From an uncultured Clostridia bacterium (GTDB lineage Bacteria > Bacillota > Clostridia > TANB77 > CAG-508): a stretch of 64,000 nucleotides of DNA. A program made the position numbers and the translations under genes. This document shows, piece by piece, positions 36,894 to 46,600 of the stretch. The stretch spans positions 8,007 through 72,006 of the forward strand of contig CANRKA010000001.1 in assembly GCA_947631025.1 (NCBI GenBank), read 5' to 3'. Below the pieces are notes generated by a model, which worked only from the letters and a program-made list of their open reading frames with translations, was not told where the DNA came from and searched no databases. How positions within the stretch are numbered: the stretch's first letter is position 1; each line of letters begins with the position of its first letter.

Positions 36894-39092
36894 CTAATTG
36901 TTTTTAATTAATTTATAACATAATCCTGTATTTCTATTTTTATTTGTATTATTATTAATCATATAATTAATTATTTTATCATTACTAATTATTATTAATA
37001 ATTCTTTTGCCCTTGTTATGCTTGTATACAATAAATTTCTTGTAAGTAACATTGGATATGATTGTGGTACAACTATAATTACTACATCAAATTCACTTCC
37101 TTGTGATTTATGTATTGTTATGCTATATGCATGTTCTAGTTGTTCTAGGTCAGAATATAAATACCATGCCTGTTTACCATCATCAAAAGTAACTTTTATA
37201 TTTTTATCTTCTAAATATATTTTACTTATTCTTCCTAACTCTCCATTAAATATTCCTGTACCATTTTCATTTTCTTTTTCCCAATATAAATCATAATTAT
37301 TTTTTGTTTGCATTACTCTATCGCCTTCTCGAAAAATACTATCCCCACTTTTCTTTTCGAGTTTATTTTCTGAACTTGGATTTAGTTCATTTTGCAATAT
37401 TTTATTTAATTGTTTAGTACCTAGTAAACCTTTTTTTGTAGGAGTTAAAACTTGAATATTTTCAAAAAACTTATAATTGCCATAATTATTTAATCTTTCT
37501 TTGCATAATGTAATTACTTCATTTAATATTTTATTTTGATTTATTTCATTTATATAAAAGAAGTCTTGTTTTAATTCTTCTTTATCTCCTACTAAAAAGC
37601 CTTCTCCTTGATTGACTCTATGTGCATTTAAAATTATTTTGCTTGTTGCAGCTTGCCTAAAAATTTCGTCTAAATGAATTGTTTCAATTGTTTTAGAATC
37701 AATTATATCTTTCAAAATATTTCCAGCTCCAACTGAAGGAAGTTGGTCACTATCTCCTACTAAAACTAGTTTTGTTCCTTGATATATTGCATTTAATAAA
37801 TAATTCATTAAAAACATATCTACCATAGATATTTCATCTACTACTATAACATCTGCATCTATAGGGGCAACTTCTGCATTTACATTTTTATAATCATCTT
37901 CTATTTTGCCTATTTCTAGTAATCTATGTAATGTTTTAGCATCTTCTCCTGTTGTTTCTGTTATTCTTTTTGCAGCTCTACCTGTAGGAGCGCATAGTAC
38001 AATCTTTTTTCCATGTGCCTTGTATATATCTATTAATGTTTTTATTATTGTTGTTTTTCCTGTACCAGGTCCACCTGTTATAACTGTTACATTATTTTCA
38101 TTTACTTTTTTTATAGCTTCTTTTTGCTTTTGCGAAAGATTAATTGAAATATTTTTTTCTGCTTTTTCTAATTCCTTGTTAAAAAAAGCAATTTTTTTTA
38201 TATTTTTTGAAGTTTGTAATAAATTAATTTTTCTTGCTATATTAACTTCTGCATCATAATAATGTTTTAAATAAATCCATTCATTATTATCTCTTTCTTC
38301 TAATTCAATTTTTTCTTTTAATTTTAATTCGTATATACTACTTTCTATAATATCTATTTCTACTCCTAATAGTTCTTTAACATATTTAATAAGATTTTGC
38401 TTTAAAGTACAAGAATGCCCATTTAATCCTATTTTTCCTAAGCTATATTTAATTCCACTTTTTACTCTTTTAGTATTATCTCTTGAAAATCCTAAATCTA
38501 ATGCCATTTTATCTATTTTTTTAAAGTCTATATTTTGTACTAAATCTATTAATATATATGGATTGCTTTCTATTTCTTCTATTGTAGAAGGTCCTAATTT
38601 TTTATAAATATTTTTTGAATTTGAAACATTAACCCCAAATTTTTCTAAGAATCCAACAATTTGCCATAATTCCCAATTTTCTATAAATTCTTTGCTCATT
38701 TCCTCAGCTTTAGTTTCTGTTATTCCTCTAATTTGGGCAAGCTTTTTTGGTTCAAATTTAAAAATATGAATTGTTTCTTCTCCAAATGTTTCTACTATTT
38801 TTTTAGCAGTAGATGGGCCAATTCCTTTTATTGTACCATTTGCCAAATATCTTTCTAATGCTTCAACAGTTTGAGGCATTATCTTTTCAAATGTTTCTAT
38901 TTTAAATTGTTCTCCGTATTGTTGATGTGTAACGTATTTACCTACTAACTTTAGTGTATCTCCAACACTTATAAAAGGAAGATATCCTGTAATTGTTATT
39001 TCTTCCTTATCTGTTTCCAATACTGCAATTGTATAACTATTTACTTCATTTTGGTAAATTAATTCTACTATTTGTCCTTGTATTTCTTCCAA
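36894..39092 (-). CDS. recD2: ATP-dependent RecD-like DNA helicase (RecD2)
   Basis: N-terminal OB-fold/HhH (GIGPSTAKKIVETFG), Walker A VITGGPGTGKTT, motif II VIVVDEISMV and a C-terminal SH3-like domain. It is 732 aa. Confidence 0.9.
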   Translation of the reverse strand: MEEIQGQIVELIYQNEVNSYTIAVLETDKEEITITGYLPFISVGDTLKLVGKYVTHQQYGEQFKIETFEKIMPQTVEALERYLANGTIKGIGPSTAKKIVETFGEETIHIFKFEPKKLAQIRGITETKAEEMSKEFIENWELWQIVGFLEKFGVNVSNSKNIYKKLGPSTIEEIESNPYILIDLVQNIDFKKIDKMALDLGFSRDNTKRVKSGIKYSLGKIGLNGHSCTLKQNLIKYVKELLGVEIDIIESSIYELKLKEKIELEERDNNEWIYLKHYYDAEVNIARKINLLQTSKNIKKIAFFNKELEKAEKNISINLSQKQKEAIKKVNENNVTVITGGPGTGKTTIIKTLIDIYKAHGKKIVLCAPTGRAAKRITETTGEDAKTLHRLLEIGKIEDDYKNVNAEVAPIDADVIVVDEISMVDMFLMNYLLNAIYQGTKLVLVGDSDQLPSVGAGNILKDIIDSKTIETIHLDEIFRQAATSKIILNAHRVNQGEGFLVGDKEELKQDFFYINEINQNKILNEVITLCKERLNNYGNYKFFENIQVLTPTKKGLLGTKQLNKILQNELNPSSENKLEKKSGDSIFREGDRVMQTKNNYDLYWEKENENGTGIFNGELGRISKIYLEDKNIKVTFDDGKQAWYLYSDLEQLEHAYSITIHKSQGSEFDVVIIVVPQSYPMLLTRNLLYTSITRAKELLIIISNDKIINYMINNNTNKNRNTGLCYKLIKNN

Positions 39093-39157
39093 TATGAACT
39101 CCTTAATTTTTTTACTACACTTTTATTTTTATATATTTTCTATTAAATATAATAGTG

Positions 39158-39197
39158 AAAAAAATCACAAAAGTCAAACAACTTTTGTGATTTTTCT
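39158..39197. terminator. Bidirectional rho-independent terminator downstream of the FAD-oxidoreductase/tyrS unit
   Basis: gaaaaaaATCACAAAAGtcaaacaaCTTTTGTGATttttc: a perfect 10-bp stem flanked by A- and T-runs. Confidence 0.8.
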
Positions 39198-39255
39198 AGA
39201 TTTTTAAAATCATTTTTTATTTTTAATTTAAAATTTATAATATTTGTTTTTTATT

Positions 39256-40698
39256 CTATTTTGCACTTTTATTTAATATTCTTGCCATTTGTACACCTGA
39301 GGCAGATGCCATCATAAGTCCTCTTGTCATTCCTCCGCCATCTCCTATTGAATATAGTCCTTTTACGCTAGATTCAAAGTTACTGTCTATTTTTACTTTG
39401 TTGCTATAAAATTTTATTTCTGGTCCATATAATAGATTATCTGGATTGGCAAATCCTTCTATTACTTTATCTACCCCTCTTATAAATCTTAAAATATCTG
39501 TCATTGTTCTATATCCTATTGCAAATGTTATATCTCCAGGAACAGCACTTTTTAGAGTTGGAACAACACTGTTATTTTCTAATTCTTCTTTCCATGTACG
39601 CTTTCCTCTATAAATATCTCCTAGTCTTTGAACTACAACATTTCCATTTCCTAATTCGTTTAGATTTTTAGCAACATTTCTACCATATTCTATTGGTCTA
39701 TTAAATGGGTCGTTAAATTTATGTGATACAAGAATTGCTAAATTTGTATTTGTACTTTTTTTATCTTTATATGAATGTCCATTTACTAATTGCATATTAT
39801 TGTCATAAACTTCTGCAGAAACAAAACCACTTGGATTTTGGCAAAATGTTCTAACTTTATCTTTAAATGGCTCTGGTCTTCCAACAAATTTAGCTTCATA
39901 CATATATGTATTTACTTTTTGCATTATTTTATCTGGCAATTCGTATCTTATTCCTATATCTACTATTCCAGATTTTGTTTGTATATTATGCTTGTTACAC
40001 ATTTCTACAAGCCAATTTGCACCTTTTCTTCCAACTGCTATAACAACTTTGTCTGCATATATTTCTTCTACGCTTTTTTCTTCTTTTTCATTATCTTTTG
40101 CATTTATTATTTGTACACCTTTTGCAACTCCATTTTCTATAATTAAGTCATATACTTTTGTTTCGAACATTAAATCTATATTGTTTTCTTCTAAATAAAT
40201 TTCTAATTTTTTATATAATTCGTGTGCCTTTTCTGTTCCTAAATGTCTAATTGGTATATCTATTAAACTTAAGCCTTCTTTTTGAGCTTTCTTTTTTATT
40301 TGGCCAACTTCTTCTTTATATTCTGTGCCCTCTAATTTTTTATCTGCTCCAAATTTTAAATATATACTATCTGTATAATCTATTAACTTTTTTGTTTCTT
40401 CTACACCAATATATTTATGAAGTTCTCCTCCAACATATATATCATCATCTTCTTTATTGTATAATGAGAGTTTTCCGTCTGAAAATGCTCCAGCACCAGA
40501 AAATCCACTTGTAATATTACAAAATGGCTTGCATTTTGCACATTTTCCTAATTTTTCTATTGGGCAATTTCTATTTTCAACTCTTTTACCTTGTTCTATT
40601 AAAAGAATTTTTTTATTTTTATTTAATTTAGTCATTTCATAAGCAAAAAATATAGAACTTGGACCCATTCCAACGACAATAATATCATATTTTTTCAT
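39256..40698 (-). CDS. FAD-dependent dehydrogenase (COG2509-type NAD(FAD)-utilising enzyme)
   Basis: YDIIVVGMGPSSIFFAYEM...LLIEQG Rossmann motif and the C-terminal GDGGGMTRGLMMASASG motif. It starts 16 nt after the tyrS stop. Confidence 0.7.
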   Translation of the reverse strand: MKKYDIIVVGMGPSSIFFAYEMTKLNKNKKILLIEQGKRVENRNCPIEKLGKCAKCKPFCNITSGFSGAGAFSDGKLSLYNKEDDDIYVGGELHKYIGVEETKKLIDYTDSIYLKFGADKKLEGTEYKEEVGQIKKKAQKEGLSLIDIPIRHLGTEKAHELYKKLEIYLEENNIDLMFETKVYDLIIENGVAKGVQIINAKDNEKEEKSVEEIYADKVVIAVGRKGANWLVEMCNKHNIQTKSGIVDIGIRYELPDKIMQKVNTYMYEAKFVGRPEPFKDKVRTFCQNPSGFVSAEVYDNNMQLVNGHSYKDKKSTNTNLAILVSHKFNDPFNRPIEYGRNVAKNLNELGNGNVVVQRLGDIYRGKRTWKEELENNSVVPTLKSAVPGDITFAIGYRTMTDILRFIRGVDKVIEGFANPDNLLYGPEIKFYSNKVKIDSNFESSVKGLYSIGDGGGMTRGLMMASASGVQMARILNKSAK

Positions 40699-40714
40699 AT
40701 ATTACACATCCTAT

Positions 40715-41926
40715 TTATTTTATTTTAATTTTTAAAAATACACCTTTTCCTATTTGTATTATAGAATCATTTGTTAAATTACTAATATTTATTGCATCTG
40801 TAACTTTTTGTCCATTTATTTTAACTGCACCTTGCATAAATAATCTTTTTATTTCTCCTTTAGAACTATATTTGCCTGTTTCTAAAATAGCATTTAATAA
40901 ACTATTTCCTATATTTTCTGAATTTTCTACAATTATTTCTTTAATATCATCTGGTGCTTGACCTTTTTGGTAAACAGATTTAAAATGCTTAATTGCATTT
41001 TCTGTTTCCTCTTCTGTATGATACAAAGATGTGATTGTTTTAGCAAGTTCCATTTTTATATTTCTAGGATTTTCGCCATTTTTTAGTCTTTCTTCTACTT
41101 TTGCTATGTCATCTGGATGTTCATCTGTACATAAGTTATAATATTTTATAATTAATTCGTCAGGTATTTTCATACATTTTTCATACATTGTATTTGCATC
41201 TTCACTTATTCCAATATAATTTCCTAGACTTTTACTCATTTTTTCTACTCCATCTAGACCTTCTAATAATGGCATAAATAAAGTAAGTTGTGGTTCTTGA
41301 CCAAAGTCTTTTTGAATGTTTCTTCCCATAAGTACATTAAATGTTTGGTCTGAACCTCCAAGTTCTAAGTCTGAATTAATTGCAACAGAATCATATGCTT
41401 GCATTAATGGATAAAAGAACTCGTGTACAGAAATTGGTTTTCCTGTTTCATATCTATTTTTAAAATCGTCTCTTTCTAACATTCTTGCAACAGTACATTT
41501 TGATGATAGTTCAATTACATCTCTAAAATTCATTTTTCCAAGCCATTCACTATTATATTTAACTATTGTTTTATCTTTATCTAATATTTTAAATACTTGT
41601 TCTTGATATGTTTTAGCATTTTCTTCTACTTGCTCTTTTGAAAGCTGATTTCTTGTTTTAGATTTTCCTGTTGGATCTCCTATCATTCCTGTAAAGTCAC
41701 CTATTATAATTACAACCTCAGCACCTAAATCTTGAAGTTGTTTTATTTTTCTTAAAACAACTGCATGACCTATATGTAAATCTGCTGAAGATGGGTCCAT
41801 TCCAAATTTTACCCTTAAAAGTCTTTTTTCTTTTTCAATTTCTTCTAACTTTTTTATAATTTCTTTTGTTTCAGTATGGTCTGAAACTCCTTTTAACATT
41901 ATCTTAATTTTCTCATTTATTTCCAT
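40715..41926 (-). CDS. tyrS: Tyrosine--tRNA ligase
   Basis: HIGH motif (FGMDPSSADLHIGHAV), KMSKS ([10 protein letters not shown]) and a C-terminal S4 domain (GAVKINGQKVTD). It is 403 aa. Confidence 0.9.
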   Translation of the reverse strand: MEINEKIKIMLKGVSDHTETKEIIKKLEEIEKEKRLLRVKFGMDPSSADLHIGHAVVLRKIKQLQDLGAEVVIIIGDFTGMIGDPTGKSKTRNQLSKEQVEENAKTYQEQVFKILDKDKTIVKYNSEWLGKMNFRDVIELSSKCTVARMLERDDFKNRYETGKPISVHEFFYPLMQAYDSVAINSDLELGGSDQTFNVLMGRNIQKDFGQEPQLTLFMPLLEGLDGVEKMSKSLGNYIGISEDANTMYEKCMKIPDELIIKYYNLCTDEHPDDIAKVEERLKNGENPRNIKMELAKTITSLYHTEEETENAIKHFKSVYQKGQAPDDIKEIIVENSENIGNSLLNAILETGKYSSKGEIKRLFMQGAVKINGQKVTDAINISNLTNDSIIQIGKGVFLKIKIK

Positions 41927-41982
41927 TTTGTTTTCCTTTCTTTGGTTATTTTATATTATTATGTATTTTTTGGCAATACCTA

Positions 41983-42892
41983 TTATATTATTATATCTCT
42001 TTTTAAAATACCACCTTTTATTACTCCTGTGCCTATAAATTCTTGTTTACTATATATTGTGTATATTCCATCTTCATTTTTATTTAATATTTTTACACCG
42101 TTTAAGAATTTATTTAAGTCTTTACCTTCTAATAAAATTTTTTCTTTGTTTTTTAAAAAATCTTCTATTGAAATAATTGCACTTTCTTTGTTTTCTTCTA
42201 ATTGTTTTATTGTATACGAATTATTTATATAAAAGTTACCTACTTGAGTTCTTTTAAGTTCTTTCATATAGCCGAACTGTATTAAGTTTTTCAGCTATAT
42301 TCTCACATAGTGAACGTATATATGTTCCTTTAGAACATGAAACAGTAAAATTAATTTCAATTTGATTAATATTTTTTTGCTCATCTGCGATTTTAAATTC
42401 TGCAGAATTAGAATTATAATTTTTTATAGATAATAATTTTATACTGTAAATTTCAATTTCACGTGGTTTTATTTCAACTGTTTGACCTTTTCTTGCATAT
42501 TCGTATAGCTTTTTTCCATTAACCTTTATTGCAGAATATTTAGGTGGAATTTGTTTTTGTTTTCCTATAAAAGATTCTAAAACCCTTTCAACATTTTCGT
42601 TAGTTATATAATTTGTTAAGACTTCTTTTTCTTCTATAATATTTCCTTCGCTATCTGCTGTATCTGTTTTTTGTCCTAATCTTAAAACTACCTCATAAGT
42701 TTTATCGTGATTAATTAAATATTTAGAAAGCTTAGTTCCTTTACCTAATAAAATTGGTAAAACTCCTGTAGCATTTGGGTCTAATGTACCTGTATGGCCA
42801 ACTTTACCTTCATTTAGTATTTTTTTTACAATTGCTACAACATCATGTGAAGTATATGTCTTTTCCTTATTTATTACTACTAATCCATCCAT
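41983..42892 (-). pseudogene. truB: tRNA pseudouridine(55) synthase TruB. The frame is disrupted near 42255-42270.
   Basis: ORF 42254..42892 carries the catalytic core (GHTGTLDPNATGVLPI...KGTYIRSL). ORF 41983..42267 is in another frame and carries the C-terminal segment (KELKRTQVGNF...PUA-like). Together they make about 297 aa, as expected for TruB. This is probably an assembly indel. Confidence 0.8.
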
Positions 42893-42920
42893 TTCTATAA
42901 TCCCTTAATTATACTTTATA

Positions 42921-43793
42921 TTATTCAATCAAATCATACATATTTTTAAATTCATATCCATTTTCACGCAAATATTGAACTAATTGTGGAAGCATCTCAT
43001 ATGTAAGAATTTTATCGCTTGCATCATGCATTAAAATTACAACACTATTTTTATCATTAATTGTAGCTTTAACATAATCTAACATTTCTTCTATTGTATT
43101 TTTTCCCTCAGCATCTCCTGTTAGAGCATTCCAGTCTATATGTGCAACACCACATTGTTCTAGTATTGCACCTGCTTCATGTTTCAAATTATTTGACTTT
43201 CCTCCATTTATTCCACCTGGAAATCTAAATAAATATGAATTATAGTCTTGTTTTCCTATTGCATTTTTTATTGCTTGTTCTGTTAAATTGTATTCATCTA
43301 TAACACTTTGAGGAGATTGGTATATATTGCTATAAATATGGCTATATCCGTGATTTGCAAGATAATGTCCTTCCTCATACTCTCTTTTTACAATACTAGG
43401 ATTTAATTCTACTCTACTACCTAATAAAAAAAATGTAACTTTTATATTTTCTTGCTTAAGATAATCTAAAAGAAGTGGAGTAACAGTTTGAGATGGTCCA
43501 TCATCAAAAGTTAAAAAAGCTCTTTTTCCTTCACTTTCGTATATGCTATTTACTTGAGCAATAATACTTTTAGTTTGTTTTATTTGTTGCTTATATGTAA
43601 TTTTATGTGTGAAATATGTTTGTTTTGATACCATTTGTTCTTCTTTTTGAGCTAAAATTAATTTTCTATATTCAATGTGTTTATACAAAAAAACAGCCAA
43701 TATAGCAATTATAATAAGTATAATTGCTATACAAAGTATTATTTTTTTTATATTTAGTTTCCTTGGTGTAATTTCTATTAAATCTAGCATCAT
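42921..43793 (-). CDS. Polysaccharide deacetylase (NodB homology domain) with N-terminal TM anchor, a peptidoglycan deacetylase-like enzyme
   Basis: TM ILCIAIILIIIAILAVFL, then NodB motifs LTFDDGP, ANHGYSH and the LFRFPGG region. Confidence 0.85.
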   Translation of the reverse strand: MMLDLIEITPRKLNIKKIILCIAIILIIIAILAVFLYKHIEYRKLILAQKEEQMVSKQTYFTHKITYKQQIKQTKSIIAQVNSIYESEGKRAFLTFDDGPSQTVTPLLLDYLKQENIKVTFFLLGSRVELNPSIVKREYEEGHYLANHGYSHIYSNIYQSPQSVIDEYNLTEQAIKNAIGKQDYNSYLFRFPGGINGGKSNNLKHEAGAILEQCGVAHIDWNALTGDAEGKNTIEEMLDYVKATINDKNSVVILMHDASDKILTYEMLPQLVQYLRENGYEFKNMYDLIE

Positions 43794-43831
43794 TTTTATT
43801 TCACCTTATTTAACATCTTTTTATTATATTT

Positions 43832-45148
43832 TTATTTTTGTTCGTAACCTGGCTTTCCTAACATTTTAAACATATTTGTTTTATATTTTTCTACACCTGG
43901 TTGATTAAAAGGATTAATTCCTAATATACTTCCAGACATTGCACATGCAAGTTCAAAGAAATATATTAAACTTCCTATACTTTCTTCATTTAATTCTTCT
44001 ATATTTATTATAATATTTGGAACATCTCCGTCAACATGAGCTTTTATTGTTGCCTGCATTGCAGTTTTATTTATATGGTCTAAAGATTCTCCTTTTAAAT
44101 AATTTAGTCCATCTAAATTATCTTCATCTGATTTTATTTTCATATCAAAATTGCTTTTTTCTACATTTAAAACAGTTTCGAATATATTTCTTCTACCTTG
44201 TTGAATATATTGTCCTATTGAATGTAAATCTGTTGTAAATTCTGCTCCTGTTGGAAAAATACCTTTATTATCTTTTCCTTCACTTTCTGCAAATAGTTGC
44301 TTCCACCATTCAATAAAATAGTGAAATCTTGGTTCGTAGTCTACTAAAATCTCTATATTCTTATCTTTTTTATATAATAAATTTCTTATTACAGCATATT
44401 GATAACATTCATTATATTTTAAATTACTATCTGCATACTTTTCTTGTGCCGCTAAAGCACCTGCAATTAATTTATCTATGTTAATTCCAGCTGTAGCAAT
44501 AGGTAAAAGTCCAACAGCTGTTAAAACAGAATATCTACCACCTATATTATCTGGAACAACAAATTCTTCATACCCTTCTTCGTCTGCAAGTTGCTTTAAT
44601 GCTCCTTTATGTTTATCTGTTGTAACATAAATTCTGCTTCTTGCTTCTGCTATACCATATCTACTTTCTATAAATTCTCTAAAAATTCTAAATGCAATTG
44701 CAGGTTCTGTAGTTGTACCAGATTTAGAGATTACATTTATAGAAATATCTCTATCTCCTATAAATTCTATAATGTCATGAATATAATTTGGATTCATATT
44801 ATTTCCTACAAATATAACTTTTGTATATTTAGATTCATCGTCTGAAATAGCATTTGTAAATGGACTCTTTAATGCTTCTATTACAGCTCTTGCTCCTAAG
44901 TATGAACCACCAATTCCAATTACAATTAATATGTCAGAATCAGAATTTATTTTTTTAGCAGCATTTTTTATTCTTTTAAATTCTTCTCTATCATAATTTG
45001 TAGGTAATGTTATCCAACCTAAAAATTCATTATCATATTTTTCTTTTAAATAAAAACTTTCATGTATGCGTATAACTTCTTTTTCATATTCTTGTATATC
45101 CTCTTGTTTTATTCCAGAATAACTAAAATCCATTTTAATATCAGACAT
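43832..45148 (-). CDS. pgi: Glucose-6-phosphate isomerase
   Basis: 438 aa with SIS motifs [14 protein letters not shown] and [14 protein letters not shown], the bacterial PGI pattern. Confidence 0.9.
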   Translation of the reverse strand: MSDIKMDFSYSGIKQEDIQEYEKEVIRIHESFYLKEKYDNEFLGWITLPTNYDREEFKRIKNAAKKINSDSDILIVIGIGGSYLGARAVIEALKSPFTNAISDDESKYTKVIFVGNNMNPNYIHDIIEFIGDRDISINVISKSGTTTEPAIAFRIFREFIESRYGIAEARSRIYVTTDKHKGALKQLADEEGYEEFVVPDNIGGRYSVLTAVGLLPIATAGINIDKLIAGALAAQEKYADSNLKYNECYQYAVIRNLLYKKDKNIEILVDYEPRFHYFIEWWKQLFAESEGKDNKGIFPTGAEFTTDLHSIGQYIQQGRRNIFETVLNVEKSNFDMKIKSDEDNLDGLNYLKGESLDHINKTAMQATIKAHVDGDVPNIIINIEELNEESIGSLIYFFELACAMSGSILGINPFNQPGVEKYKTNMFKMLGKPGYEQK

Positions 45149-45162
45149 AAAAATCTCTCCTT

Positions 45163-46543
45163 TTACATTTTTTCTACTTTAATTCCATCTTTTAGGTCTT
45201 TAACTATATATCCCATACTTTGTATTTGGTCTCTTAATTTATCAGATTCTTCCCAATTTTTATTTTCTCTTGCTTGTTTTCTTTTATCTATTAGAATTTT
45301 AATTTCTTCAGGAAGTTCTTCTTTTTCTAATTTATCTATATCTAAAGCTAAAACAGAATCAAATTTTTTAAGCAATTTAGCAAATGCAATAGATTTCTTA
45401 CTGTTTTTTGCAACTTCCCATACAACACTCATTGCAAGAGGAATATTTAAGTCATCATTTATTGCTTTATTAAATTTTTCTTCATAATTGTTTATTATAT
45501 TATCTTCTATTATTTCGTTTCCTTGTAAATGTTTTTGATAAGCCTCTTTGAGTCTTTCTAATGATATTTTAGCAGAATCCATAGCTTCCCAAGTAAAGTT
45601 AATTTTTCTTCTATAAACAGTTGTATAGCAAAACATTCTATATACTATTGGTGAATAACCTTTGTCTATTATATCTTGTAACAAATAAACATTGCCTAAA
45701 CTTTTTGACATTTTTCCACCATTTATTAGTAGATATTCTCCGGTGCATCCAATACCTAGCTGGAATTTTGCCACATAATCCTTTACTTTGAGCTATTTCA
45801 TTTTCATGGTGTGTTGGAATTAAATCTATTCCACCTGTATGAATATCAAATTCTTCTCCTAAATATTTTTTGCTCATAGCAGAACATTCTATATGCCATC
45901 CTGGATAACTTGGTCCCCATGGGCTATCCCATTTCATAAGGTGATTTTCAGGCGCCTTTATCCATAAAGCAAAATCATAAGGATTCTTTTTTTCTTTGTC
46001 AACTTCTATTCTTGCACCGTTTTTTTGTTCTTTTAAATTTATTCCAGATAAAATCCCATAATCATCTAATTTAGAAACATCAAAATATATTGCAGTTGAA
46101 GTTTCATAAGCATATTTATTTTTTACAAGTTCTTTAACAAAATCTAACATATCATCTATATGGTCTGTTGCTTTACATATTATTTCTGGTTTTTGTATAT
46201 TTAATCTTTCTAAATCTATAAAAAATTTTTTAGTATAATAATCTGCTATTTCTAATGGTGATTTACCTTCTTCTTTTGCAGATTTTAAAATTTTGTCTTC
46301 TCCATCATCTCCATCAGAGACTAAATGTCCAACATCTGTTATATTCATAACATGCTTAATTTCATATCCATTATATTTAAGTGTTCTTCTTAAAATATCT
46401 TGAAATATATTTGTTCTCATATTTCCAATTGTTGCATCTTTATATACTGTTGGTCCACAAGAATATATTTTTACTTTGTTTTTTTCAATAGAATTAAATA
46501 ACTCCTTTTTCTTTGTTAATGTATTATAAAAATATATGTCCAT
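45163..46543 (-). pseudogene. cysS: Cysteine--tRNA ligase. The frame is disrupted near 45750.
   Basis: ORF 45638..46555 gives the N-terminus through HIGH ([18 protein letters not shown]) up to ..ARYWMH. ORF 45163..45774 continues in another frame with ...[17 protein letters not shown] and the C-terminal anticodon-binding domain. The real start is probably ATG 46543 (MDIYFYNTL), preceded by GGAGGGG. An essential gene broken this way points to an assembly indel. Confidence 0.8.
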
Positions 46544-46563
46544 AAACCCCTCCATTTTTTTAA

Positions 46564-46592
46564 AAGCAGAGGTCCTTTTAAACCTCTACTTT
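46564..46592. terminator. Candidate hairpin terminator between ponA and cysS
   Basis: AGAGGTccttttaaACCTCT: a 6-bp stem with T-rich flanks on both strands. The stem is weak. Confidence 0.35.
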
Positions 46593-46600
46593 TAATTTAA

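Noticed and set aside
41983-42267. 94-aa ORF upstream of tyrS as a separate gene or T-box leader peptide
   Set aside because: Its sequence (LKRTQVGNF...) is the conserved C-terminal part of TruB, continuing ORF 42254..42892 in another frame. Only 56 nt separate it from tyrS, leaving no room for a T-box leader. No T-box AGGGUGGNACCGCG motif was seen.
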